The position numbers and the translations under genes were made by a program. The notes under the pieces are model-generated. The model was not told the DNA's origin and made no database searches. It saw nothing but the letters and a program-made list of their open reading frames with translations. From Squalus acanthias (taxonomy: Eukaryota), in NCBI GenBank assembly GCA_030390025.1, contig CM059452.1:10106001-10170000 (forward strand): a stretch of 64,000 bases of DNA, in the 5' to 3' direction. Every line of letters starts with the position of its first letter. Within the stretch, counting starts at the first letter, position 1. This document shows positions 24,050-36,885 of the stretch, in pieces.

Positions 24050-24174
24050 CCGAGCTGGGCTGCTGTCTGTGTCCTTATAGGAGAATGGTCCCTCATTTAG
24101 AGTCCAGGGTGGGAATGAAACCCATGTCTAGGTCTTGTAACCGGGAAGCGCAGGATTATTAATGGGTTTGGTTA

Positions 24175-26588
24175 ACATAAGAACATAACAATTAGGAGCC
24201 GGAGTAGGCCCTACGGCCCCTCAAGCCTGCTCCACCATTCAATAAGATTATACATAGATAGATAGAACAGTACAGCACAGTACAGGCCCTTCGGCCCTCG
24301 ATGTTGTGCCGAGCATTGTCCGAGACCAAGATCAAGCTATCACACTCCCTATCACTCTGGTGTGCTCCATGTGCTTATCCAATAACCGCTTGAAAGTTCC
24401 TAAAGTGTCCGACTCCACTATCACAGCAGGCAGTCCATTCCACACCCCAACCACTCTCTGAGTAAAGAGTCTACCTCGGACATCCCTTCTATATCTCCCC
24501 CCATGCACCTTATAGTTATGCCCCCTTGTAACAGCTGCCTCTACCCGACGAAATAGTCTCTGAACATCCACTCTATCTATCCCCCTCATCATCTTATAAA
24601 CCTCTATTAAGTCGCCTCTCATCCTCCTCCACTCTAAAGAGAAAAGCCCCAACTCCCTCAATCTTTCCTCATAAGACCTCCCCCCCAAACCAGGCAGCAT
24701 CCTGGTAAATCTCCTTTGCACTCTTTCCAATGCTTCCACGTCCTTCCTATAGTGAGGTGACCAGAACTGCACACAATATTCCAAATGTGGTCTCACCAAG
24801 GTCCTGTACAGTTGCAGCATAACCTCACGGTTCTTAAACTCAAACCCTCTGTTAATAAACGCCAACACACCATAGGCCTTCTTTACTGCTCTATCCACTT
24901 GAGTGGCAACCTTCAGAGATCTGTGGATATGAACCCCCAGATCCTTCTGCTCCTCCACGTTCCTCAGAACCCTGCCGTTGACCCTGTAATCCTTATTCAA
25001 ATTTGCCCTACCAAAATGAATCACCTCGCACTTATCAGGGTTAAATTCCATCTGCCATTTTTCGGCCCAGCTCTGCATCCTATCAATGTCTCTTTGCAGC
25101 CTACAACTGCCCTCCACCTCATCCACTACTCCACCAATCTTGGTGTCATCAGCAAATTTACTGATCCACCCTTCAGTCCCCTCCTCCAAGTCATTGATAA
25201 AAATCACAAACAGCAGAGGACCCAGCACCGACCCCTGTGGCACACCGCTGGTAACTGGTCTCCAGTCCGAAAATGTTCCATCCACCACCACCCTCTGCCT
25301 TCTATGAGATAGCCAGTTACTTGTCCAATCGGCCAAATTTCCCTCTATCCCACAACTCCTTACTTTCTTCATGAGACGACCATGGGGAACCTTATCAAAC
25401 GCCTTACTAAAATCCATGTATACGACATCAACTGCTCTACCTTCATCTACACACTTAGTTACCTCCTCAAAGAATTCAATCAAATTTGTTAGGCAAGACA
25501 TACCCTTCCCGAATCCGTGTTGACTATCCCTGATTAAGTTGCCCCTTTCCAAATGGTCATAAATCCTATCCCTCAGGACCTTTTCCATTATCTTACCAAC
25601 CACCGAAGTAAGACTAACCGGCCTATAATTACCAGGGTCATTCCTATTTCCTTTCTTGAAGAGAGGAACAACATTAGCCACTCTCCAGTCCTCTGGCACC
25701 ATCCCCGTGGACAGTGAGGACCCAAAGATCAAAGCCAGAGGCTCTGCAATCTCCTCCCTTGCCTCCCAAAGAATCCTAGGATATATCCCATCTGGCCCAG
25801 GGGACTTATCGACCCTCAGGTTCTTCAAAATTGCTAAAACATCTTCCCTCAGAACATCTACCATCTCCAGCCTATCCACCTTTATGACACTCTCATCCTC
25901 AAGAACATGGCCCCTCTCCTCGGTGAACACTGACGAAAAGTATTCATTCATCACCTCTCCTATCTCTTCTGACTCCATGCACAAGTTCCCACTACTGTCC
26001 TTGACCGGCCCTACCCTCACCCTGGTCATTCTTTTATATCTCACATAAGAGTAAAAAGCCTTGGGGTTTTTCTTGATCCGACCCGCCAAGGACTTCTCAT
26101 GCCCCCTCCTAGCTCTCCTAAGCTCTTTTTTTAGCTCATTCCTTGCTACCTTGTACCCCTCAATCGACCCAACTGAACCTTGTTTTCTCATCCTTACATA
26201 CGCTTCCTTTTTCCTCTTGACTAGACATTCAACCTCTTTCATGGCTGATCTTCGACCTCAACTCCACTTTCCTGCCCGATCCCCATAACCCGTGATTCCC
26301 CTAGAGTCCAAAAATGTATCTATCTCAACCTTGAATATACTCAAAGACTCAACATTCACAGCCCTTTGGGGCAGAGAATTCCAAAGATTCACAACCTTCT
26401 GAGTGAAGAAATTCCTCCTCATCTCAGTTTTAAATGGCCGACCTCTTATCCGGAGACTATACCCCCCAGTTCTAGACACTCCACCGAGGGAAACAACCTC
26501 TCAGCATCTACACTGTCAATCCCCTTTGCAATCTTATATGTTTCAATCAGAGCACCTCTCGTTCTTCTGAACTTCAGAGAGTATAGAT
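24175..26588 (-). mobile_element. Nested CR1s: young 5'-truncated copy (~24250-26240) inside an older CR1 3' fragment
   Basis: ORF 24332-26242 nearly identical to the 15.6-kb copy; host element split at aataagat|atggctgatc. Confidence 0.92.
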
Positions 26589-27943
26589 TTATTCCCGGGT
26601 CAATTCATTCTCTATAATTCCGTTAGTTTTACCGTCAGGACACTGTTAACCGTGACTCCAGTGACCTTTCCCCTCCCGGGTCAGTTCACTGGTGAAATAA
26701 CAATGTTGTCGGAATGATTTATAGATCCCTGATAATAGAATGATGACATCTGCTGTGACTGAACAAACAACTGAACGGATTAAAGAATAAACTCACCCTG
26801 TAATTTAAACAGCGTTTCAAGAACTGTCCCCTTCTGTGGTTTGTATTAAAATGCTGTTTAAGTTCTATCTGGTAAGTTCTGACCTTCTTTCTGCCTGTAA
26901 TGATTTATTTAAAGATCCATAATCTTCAGATACTTGATTACCAATGAGAGAGAATGGAGGGAACAGCCTAGCGGTGCTTTTCAGGAATTTACCGCTCATC
27001 TGTATAAAGTGCCCGGGAGCAGAGCGCGGGGAGCGGGTTCTAAGCCCCCAGGGTGAGGTGCATGCTCTCGTTACCAAGAGCTCAACATCAGCAGGGCATG
27101 AAAAACTGTCCTGACAACTATCTCGCATATTAAAAAATGATGAGGAGCAGTAAAAGTAACACAATACAGGCAGTTTCGATTTGTTTTTCGCCCTTTTAAC
27201 ATCGATTTCCAGCATCAGTACAGTTAATGGCTTCAGAAATCAGATCTCAGGGTGTGTCTTTCATTCACATTTTACTATTGCTTTCCCCATCTTCCACATC
27301 CTTCCACTCTCTTGTCCTGCCCACTGGTTAGTATCAAAATTCAATCCTTCGATGTGATGGATGTATTTTTGTGATGATTATTGCCCGATGTACCGTCCCA
27401 GCCCATTGTGGATTTCAAACATTAACCTTCAGTTCATTCCAAAATATACAAAACTGTTGGCGAAACAGCATTTAACTCACTGCCCGGGGTCTGAGCCAAA
27501 CAAAGGATATTGTGAACTGACGCCCTCTGGTGGATATTCTGAGAAATGTTCAGATGTCGGTGGACAGGGTGTGAGGAATCCTGTGTTTATTCACTGAACT
27601 GTCTGCAATTCCTGTTTATGGGAAGCTGGGTTGGAGCGGTTCTGAATTAATATGCCGAGCAGCAGCAAACGTTTTACATCGTTCAACTACAGATTGGAAG
27701 AAGAAAGTTCATCCGATTATAGGTAAAGAGTGGAGACAGGGGATGAGAAAGGACAGGCAGGCACGGAAAGGAACTACAGATGGATTTGTGAATTTCATTT
27801 TTATTATTTTGAAATCACCAACTAATGTAATTCCGCCAGTGGACTTTACCTTTTCATGTGGAGTGTTGTGTTTTGTCGACATTTAGAAGGTCCCTGTGAC
27901 TCTCACTGTGGAGGCTGAATTATCGCGTGTTTATCGGTGTGGA

Positions 27944-27957
27944 GCGCCCTCTGGTGA
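27944..27957 (-). promoter_or_regulatory. CTCF-like motif 23 bp from the V10 nonamer (representative of ~15 copies)
   Basis: TCACCAGAGGGCGC matches the CTCF core; equivalent sites at 8792, 11518, 42185, 60898, and others at 8340, 10033, 20906, 27521, 28738, 30743, 47574, 49458, 52947, 61741. Confidence 0.65.
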
Positions 27958-28020
27958 GCACTAACTGGAACTCTCAGTGTAGTTTTTGTACGGGCTCCGC
28001 TATATCTCTGCAGCAGTGTG

Positions 28021-28495
28021 GGGCTCATGGCACAGAAATACACTGCGGTGTCCGAGATCAGGGCATTCTGATCGTTAGCTCGGTAATCTTGCTGCTTTTA
28101 TTAAACGTAGAAGAGAATCGGTCAGTGAATTCAGGGTTCCTGTTTACTATTCCTGCATAGAGATAAAACACGTACTGTGGAGGCTGCCCGGGGTGCTGAC
28201 TGTACCAGTACACATAAAGGTTAGTAGCGGTTGTTTTCAAGGTGCAGTTTAGTGTGACGTTACTTTCCTCTTCAACCGTTATTTCAGAAACCGGCTGTTC
28301 CACTACGTCTTGCTGGCTCCATTCTAATATAAAATAATAGTAATAGTCATCACCATCACAATCATCATCAGGATCATTTAACCAATTGTCATAGCTGGGT
28401 TACAGCCGTCAGGGGGAGAATGGATTTTAACTGGGGAGGAAATACTTACTGAGAAGTGATATAATGATGAGGAGCGATGCGAGGCGGTTGTACAT
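28021..28495 (-). pseudogene. V segment V10 (family D), 1-bp deletion in FR3
   Basis: Leader 28495-28450 (MYNRLASLLIIISLL); V exon from 28323; frameshift near 28068; RSS CACACTG 28020-28014, 24 bp, ACAAAAACT 27989-27981. Confidence 0.88.
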
Positions 28496-29311
28496 GACGC
28501 TCCCTGAGTCTGTACCTCTGCAGTCCTGGAAATCCTCTGTAGGAACAGAAATGCAGATCCCCGCCGCACTGCACTGCTGATCCAACCAATGCCAAAGACG
28601 TAAGCTCTCCAATAACAGAAGGCGGGTTAAAGCGAGAGCAGCAAACGGAAGCTGTGGGCGGGGCTGCCGCGGTGGTGTCACTGCGAGCTTTGTCTCCATC
28701 ATTTCCAGTTGGTAATGGCCAGAAACATATGACCACTGCGCCCTCTGGCGGTCACTCTGAGAACTTTACACTGTTAGGATAATAGATTGAATAAAGTGTG
28801 AGTTTATCTATGGCGAACTTTCCAGCGTCCGGGTTTTGGGAGCGGCGGTTCAGACAATTTAACTGTGAAATAGGTGGAAGGATAATATGAGTGAGCTCAA
28901 AGGGAAGGGAAATTTTACTCTATTTCTCAATCTCTTTCTTTATGGCTTTCTCTTAACTTTAAGATTTATGTTTCTCACTCATTATTTCCCACTTTCTTTC
29001 ATTTCTTTTTCCCTCCTTTCCTAATTTGCTGTCCACGACACGTATTATTACATTGATTTTTCTCTTTCTCTCATTCTTTCTTTAGTGCCTTCGCTTTGTT
29101 TTCCTCTCTCTGTGTTTCAAAATCTCTTCATTTCAGAATTTCTTTAACTCTCTCTCTTCTATATTTCCTATTATTTTCTGTGCTCATTCCCTCTGCCCTC
29201 CGATTATTATAACCGGGCCCCTCCCAATCCCGTTACTCCAAACACAGCAGAGCGGCGCTCACCCTCGGTGCAGGTTTCTGTGCGGACTCTCCGCCTGTTT
29301 GTTACACTGTG

Positions 29312-29645
29312 GGCTCACGGCGCAGAGATAGGTGGCGCTGTCTGTCACTCGCGCGTCTCTCACAGTCAGGGCACTGAGTTTATTGCCTCCCCCGAGTGAA
29401 GCAGTGATCCTCCCGTGTTGATCGGCCCCGCTTGTGGCCATCACCAGGTGCTGGAGGGACTGATCCGGGTGCTGTCTGTACCAATGCAGGAAGATAAAGG
29501 CAGCGGTAGCGGAGCAGTTGATGGATACGATTCTCTCTTCACTAACAACCACCCGCCGAGGGAGCTGCTTCACCTCATCTTCACCGGATACATCCGTGCA
29601 GATCAGAGTGTAAATCAGCAGGGAATCTCTGTAAATCCGGAGCAT
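29312..29645 (-). CDS. V segment V11 (family E), single-exon leader+V, apparently intact
   Basis: MLRIYRDSLLIYTLICTDVSG contiguous with EDEVKQ...INC...LHWYRQ...DSATYLCAVSP; RSS CACAGTG 29311-29305, 23 bp, ACAGAAACC 29281-29273. Confidence 0.88.
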
Positions 29646-29817
29646 TATTCGATCAGATGAAGAAGAGGCTGAAAGAATTGTACACAGAGGTCGAGTTAGA
29701 ACTAGGACACGGATATTATATTCAGGGTAATTAACAAAGAGACAAACTCTCGCTTCTTGTTCAACGCAGAGGCTTCTTCCTGTCGAAATAATGAAACAAG
29801 TTGTGTCTCGGGGTTTA

Positions 29818-30205
29818 CACACACCGGACCGCCCACACTCAGTGTTTCTCACTGACACCAGCTCACACTGACTCTGAGCTCACACCGGGCCGCTCACACT
29901 CAGTGTTTCTCACTGACACCAGCTCACACTGTCTCTGTGCTCACACCGGGCCACTCACACTCAGTGTTTCTCACTGACAGCAGCTCACTGTGTCTCTAAG
30001 CTCACACCGGGCCGCTCACACTCAGTGTTTCTCACTGACACTAGCTCACACTGTCTCTGTGCACACCCCGGGCCGCCCACACTCTGTGTTTCTCACTGAC
30101 AGCAGCTCACTGTGTCTCTAAGCTCACACCGGGCCGCTCACACTCAGTGTGTCTTACTGACAGCAGCTCACCCCGGACCGCTCACAGTCAGTATTTCTCA
30201 CTGTT
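29818..30205. repeat. Minisatellite, ~61-bp unit x ~6, upstream of V11
   Basis: cacaccgggccgctcacactcagtgtttctcactgacaccagctcacactgtctctgagct; ~2.5 copies also at 62800-62950. Confidence 0.9.
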
Positions 30206-31490
30206 TCACCCTGTCTTCTGGTGGCGAGTACTGTTAATTGCGAGGTGTAATTATTGACGCCAATTCCCGATAATTTGCAGTACACAAGGTAGTTATCAGA
30301 GAGAACGGCTACTCGCTCCTGCTCGGGATGACTCCGTCATTCAGAGAGATCCCAGCTCTCGACTTCCATTGTAGCATCCAACGATCCCAGTGCATTTTCC
30401 TCCCCCACTCTAACTGAAAGTTTATTCCACACATTGATCACTGTCTGTGTGTGAAGCGGAATTTCCTGATACCAGTCCTGGAATTTTAACCCGTGTTCTT
30501 TCCCAGAAGGATGGAGTGGGAATTTTTTATGCTAATATTTACAACATAACAATAGTAATAATAACATTGATAAATCATGATGAAAACTGATAATAAGACA
30601 TATAAACACTGATAGTAATTTCAAAGTAAAGCCTCTATTTCCGAATCTGCTTCTTTAATCCCTTCAATAAAGTTACTGAACAATGTTCTCAGGCTGTGAC
30701 TCGCCTCGATACTGAAACCAACACAGTGAACACATCCTCGCACTGCCCTCTGGTGGCGACTGCCTGTAACTACAAGGTACAAGACCTGCCCTGTTCCAGT
30801 TCACAAGATCATTCTGAATCAGGGAAGCCATTCGGCCCGTATTGTCCCATCCATCCAGAGAGATACTATCTCCTGGCCCCATTGTGGCCTCAAACTTTTC
30901 CTTAAAAGTTTCCAGGATATGTTCCTCCGCCACTGTATTCGGAAACTTATTCCATACATTCACCAGTTTCCATGTGTGAAGAAGATATTGTCCTATATTT
31001 ACATTTTATATTTTGAACCCGTGCTTCCCTCTTCTACTTCAAACAGTTCAATTTAAAGTAATATTGCTGAATATGGTTTTAATACATCAACTGTGTGATA
31101 CTTCTCTAGATGTCATTGCAGTCAGGCACTGGGATACGCTGCTGATTAAAACTCTCGCACATCCGCGAGCAGCAGGTCACAAGCGCTGGGTTTGTCTCCT
31201 TGGAATTGATTATTTCAAAGAAAGAAGGCAGGGATCATTGTGAGAGAAAGTGAGGACAGCGCGACAATTCCTCACAGGTGGTTCCGACGTGTGACAACAC
31301 TTCCCGCGGCAGCCCCGCCCACAGCTTCCGTTTGCTGCTCTCGCTCTGACCCGCCCTGTGTTATTGGAGAGATTGCTGCCGCGGTTCCCTGTTTGGCATT
31401 GGTTGGATCAGCAGTACAGTGGCGTGGGGATCTGTATTTCTGCTCCCACAGAGGATTTCCCGGACTGCAGAGTTACAGACTCGGAGCATC

Positions 31491-32040
31491 ATGCGGATCC
31501 GTCTCGCACCGCTCCTCATCATTATATCACTTCTCAGTAAGTAATTCCTCCCCAGTAAACATCCATTCTCCCCTGACTGCTGTAACCCAGGTGTTGTTAT
31601 TGGTGAAATGATGATAATGATGGTGAATTAGGCACATTTCATCTTTACTCTGATTTCCATCGTGGTTTGAATCTGAATTTGAAACACCCGCCGGTCTGAT
31701 CTTTTCCTGTTTGAACATGTTTTTCAGATCTGAGTCTTGGAGATTCTGTCACTCAGCCGCTGTCCTCAGGAGTTAAGACAGAAGGAGAAGCGGTGACTTT
31801 AAGCTGTACCTATGATACTACACGGAGCGGCGGAGGCTATAATTTGTACTGGTATCGGCAACACCCAGACACACAGCCCGAGTTTATTCTGATGAAATAC
31901 GCGAGCGGTTCTGAAGATAAAGCACATTTTGCCCAAACCCGTTTTTCAGCACAACTCGACAGCTTCACTAAATTCACCAGTTTAACCATCTCGGGGCTGC
32001 AGATGACCGACACTGCAGTTTATTACTGTGCCCTGGGATT
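31491..32040 (+). CDS. V segment V12: family-D leader on a family-B V exon, in frame
   Basis: Leader 31491-31536 (MRIRLAPLLIIISLL); V exon 31728-32040 open to DTAVYYCALGF; RSS CACAGTG 32041-32047, 23 bp, ACAGAAACT 32071-32079. Confidence 0.9.
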
Positions 32041-33514
32041 CACAGTGATGGAAACCAGTTAAACCCTCGTACAGAAACTCCCTCCGCTTTGTGGATCAGA
32101 GGCTCCGCCTGCTGAAGCCGGATATAACGACGGGCAGATGTGAAGAGCGATTAAAAATAATTATTTTGCAGATCTGCCATTTCCTTATTTTCTATGACAG
32201 TATCACCCGAGTGTGTCTTTAAGCGGCCCGCATTACCCTGAGCCCCGCTTTCTCTTCTTACTTTGAAAACGTTTCCCTATAATCGCCATCAGAGGGAAGT
32301 TCGTTGTTGGGTTGAGTGTCGGGACGAGTTACAGACTAAGAACATTGTTCATTTTATTTAACTAAAGAATTAAAGAAACACATTTTTAAATGCAGGCATT
32401 AAGTTCAAAAGGAAGTCTGTGTTCCAAATGGTTAACTATTAAGTTATTATGAATGTGGTTATTGTTAACGTGAATACGTTGTAAATATTTGTAATGAGCA
32501 GCTCGCCCCAGAATCAGTAAAACTATCTGTTGTCTGCACCCTCCCATTCTGCTCAAACCTGTCAGTCACTCCCCAATTCATTCATATAAAAGGTCGCGTT
32601 TGTCTAATTTACCGCATCGTTGTTTTCAAATCCTCAGGATCTACTGGCCGTCTCTACCTCCCTTTATATCGGTTGTGGTTAGTTCTAATGGTCAGTGAGC
32701 AGCTCTTTTAACGGGAGCCTCCGGCACTGCTGCCAGAACAATATTAATAAATTAATTTCACTGCCTCCACCTCACAGACTGAAACTGTTAAAGGGCCAAC
32801 ATTGGGTTTAATCCCCGTCCAGTTCTCTGTTGTGAGGAGAACACGTGAGCTGTGAGCTGATTGGATAAATTGGAGAACAAAGGACCCGTGAGCTGATTGG
32901 ATATCTCCTGCTGACTCTGTCAGGAATGAACCAATCGGCAGAGAGGCCGGATATAGTCAACATCTTCCCAGCACTTGACTAAAACAAATTCAGGTTCAAC
33001 CCGTCATCCGACATCAACTCGCTGCAAACATGTTGGCTGTTACATTTTATTTATTCGTCACAGCTGCAGCTCTCCTAATTGGTAAGTTCAAAAGTTACAC
33101 AACACTGTATTTCACATCTGCATCATATATTATATTTAATCGATCAGTCCCCGGAACACAAGATTATCAATAGATTGACGCGAAGTGAAGAAAACCATCC
33201 GGATCCACCTTTATTCAACACTGAACACGGATTGGGGAAAATCGACAAAAACCTCCAGTGAATGAAAGCGGAAGAGTTGAGGTGAGATTACAGGCGAATG
33301 GCAGACAGACCCGCTCCGCCCCGCCGGGGTCAATGACGGACTTTGACAGATAGACGATTCTTAAACCCACAGACCGTTTGGAGTTTTCCCTTCACATCAC
33401 AAGAGGTGAAGGTGAGGAACTGATCCTGTTGGAAGGTTCTGAATGTACATTAAAGAAAGTTTTATTCAGTCGATCTCAGCACCATTCCGTGAGCAGCCCC
33501 TGAGCTGTGGGGAA

Positions 33515-33764
33515 ATGTACTTAAGTTTAACTGCCCTGATTTACTTCTCAGGTAAGTGTTGGGGGTGACGGGCTGATTCTGGGGGATAGACACAGTGAAG
33601 TGACATTGTTTCATTTAATATCGCTCTGGGCTCTTGCAGGACATTGTCGAGGAGGCTCCGTTTCACAGACACCGGCTGCAACCACAGTCAGTGAAGAAGA
33701 CGATGTTCAGTTGCATTGTAATTATACAGCTACAAGCACCAGCACTCCTGAACTATACTGGTAG
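33515..33764 (+). pseudogene. V segment V13 (family J), truncated at FR2
   Basis: Leader 33515-33551; V exon from 33640 to ...PELYW-stop, then minisatellite. Confidence 0.85.
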
Positions 33765-33779
33765 AGGGATAAACAGGCG

Positions 33780-36700
33780 ATAAGATGTAGTACTGTTATC
33801 ACTCAGACATGGCCTCCTGTAATATAACCAGTGGCAGGATTTAATTTAATATAAATAAAGACATTATCTAGTGCAGTATTAACTGAGAAAGGGCCTAGTG
33901 TAATACAAAGAGAGACATTGCCTAATGCAGTAGCAACTGAGACAGGGCCTTGTGAAAAATAAACAGTGATAAAGTATAGTGCATTGATAGCTGATACGGG
34001 GCCTGGTCTTATATATACAGAGAAAGTGTCAAGTGCAGTAATAACTGAGACAGGGTCTAGTGTAATCTAAACAGAGACAGGGTCTAGTGTAATCTAAACA
34101 GAGACAGGGTCTAGTGCAGTAATAACTGAGACAGGGCTTAATGTAATATAAACAGAGACATGGTCTAGTGCAGTAATAACTGAGACAGGGCCTAGTGTAA
34201 TATAAACAGAGACAGGGTCCAGTGTAATATAAACAGAGACAGGGTCTAGAGTAATATAAACAGAGACAGGTTCTAGTGCAATATAAACAGAGACAGGGTC
34301 TAGTGTAATATAAACAGAGACAGAGTCTAGTGTAATATAAACAGAGACAGGGTCTAGAGTAATATAAACAGAGACAGGGTCTAGTGCAGTATAAACAGAG
34401 ACAGGGTCTAGTATAATATAACTAGACTAAGTAAAGAAATTAAGGATAGTATTCGACTAAAAACAAGGGCATATAAGGTAGCGAAATCTAGTGGGAGGAC
34501 AGAGGATTGGGAAAACTTTAAAAGGCAGCAAAAAATAACAAAAAGATTGATTAAGAAAGGGAAGATAGATTATGAAAGTAAATTAGCAAAAAATATAAAA
34601 ACAGATAGTAAGAGTTTTTATAGTTATATAAAAAGAAAAAGGGTGGCTAAAGTAAATGTTGGTCCCTTAGAGGATGAGACCGGGAAATTAATGGTGGGAA
34701 ATATGGAGATGGCAAAAACACTGAATGATTATTTTGTATCAGTCTTTACAGTAGAGGACACTAAGAATATCCCAACACTGGACAAACAGGGGGCTATAGG
34801 GGGAGAGGAGCTAAACACGATCAAAATCACTAAGGAAGTGGTACTCGGTAAAATAATGGGACTCAAGGCGGATAAATCACATGGACCTGATGGCTTACAT
34901 CCTAGAGTCTTGAAGGAAGTGGCGGTAGGGATTGTAGATGCATTGGTAATAATTTTTCAAAACTCCCTGGATTCCGCTAAGGTCCCGGCAGACTGGAAAA
35001 CTGCTAATGTAACACCCTTATTTAAAAAGGGCAGTAGACAGAAGGCTGGTAACTATAGACCGGTTAGCCTAACATCTGTGGTAGGTAAAATTTTGGAGTC
35101 CATTATTAAGGAAACAGTAACAGGACATTTGGATAATCATAATTTAATAGGACAAAGTCAGCATGGTTTTACGAAGGGGAAGTCATGTTTGACAAATTTG
35201 CTGGAGTTCTTTGAGGAAGTAACATATAGAGTGGATAAAGGGGAACCAGTGGACGTAGTGTATTTAGACTTCCAAAAGGCATTTGACAAGGTGCCACACA
35301 AAAGATTATTGCTTAAGGTAAAAAATCACGGGATTGGGGGTAATATTCTGGCATGGATAGAGGATTGGCTATCTAACAGAAAGCAAAGAGTTGGGATAAA
35401 TGGTTCATTCTCAGACTGGCAATCAGTAACTAGTGGTGTTCCACAGGGGTCAGTGCTGGGTCCCCAACTCTTCACAATCTATATTAACGATTTGGAGGAA
35501 GGGACCAAGTGTAACATATCAAAATTTGCAGATGATACAAAGATGGGAGGGAAAGTAGTGAGTGAGGAGGACATAAAAAACCTGCAAGGGGACATAGACA
35601 GGCTAAGTAAGTGGGCAGAGATTTGGCAGATGGAATACAACACTGGAAAGTGTGAGGTGATGCACTTTGGCAGGAAAAATCCTAGAGCAATTTATTATCT
35701 TAATGGCAAGAAACTGGAGAGTACTGAAGTGCAAAGGGATCTGGGGGTCCTGGTGCACGAAACTCAAAAGGTTAGTATGCAGGTGCAGCAAGTGATTAAG
35801 AAGGCAAATGGAATGTTGGCTTTCATTGCTAGGGGGATAGAATATAAAAATAGGGAGGTATTGCTTCAGTTGTACAAGGTATTGGTGAGACCGCACCTGG
35901 AATACTGCATACAGTTTTGGTGTCCTTACTTAAGGAAAGACATCCTTGCTCTCGAGGCAGTGCAAAAAAGGTTCACTCGGTTAATCCCGGGGATGAGGGG
36001 GTGGTCATATGAGGAGAGGTTGGGTAGATTGGGACTCTACTCATTGGAGTTCAGAAGAATGAGAGGCGATCTTATTGAAACATATAAGATTGTGAAGGGG
36101 TTGGATCGGGTGGATGCGGGGAGGATGTTCCCGATGACGGGTGAGACGAGAACTAGGGGACATAGTCTTAGAATAAGGGGCTGCTCTTTCAAAACTGAGA
36201 TGAGGAGGAACTACTTCACTCAGAGGGTGGTAGGTCCATGGAATATGCTGCCACAAAAAGCTGTAGAAGCTACAACATTAATTAAATTTAAAACAGAAAT
36301 AGACAGTTTCCTAGAAGTAAAGGGCATTAAGGGTTACGGGGAGCGGGCAGGAATTTGGACATGAGTCTAGGTTCGGATCGGTCATGGCCCTGTGGGTAGT
36401 GGAGCGGGCCCAGGGACTGTGTAGCCTGATTCTGCTCCTATTTCGTGTGTGCAATTCTGTTAGATGCAGGAGATGGTTCTGTGATAGATAGTAGATTGGC
36501 GGTTAGGATCAGATCAGCCATGATCTTATTGAATGGCGGAGCAGGCTCGAGGGGCCGATTGGCCTACTCCTGCTCCTATTTCTTATGTTCTTATGTTCTT
36601 ATAAACAGAGACAGAGTCTAGTGTAATATAAACAGAGACAGGGTCCAGTGTAATATAAACAGAGACAGGTTCTAGTGCAATATAAACAGAGACAGGGTCC

Positions 36701-36843
36701 AGTGTAATATAAACAGAGACAGTGTGTCATGTTATAATAAAAAAGACATGGTTTTGCGTCAATTAATCTGCAACAGTGTTTTCTTTGAGAAATGCACTTG
36801 TTAACATTAAGAATTATGGGCTTTACACACACACACACGCTCA

Positions 36844-36885
<42 letters not shown>

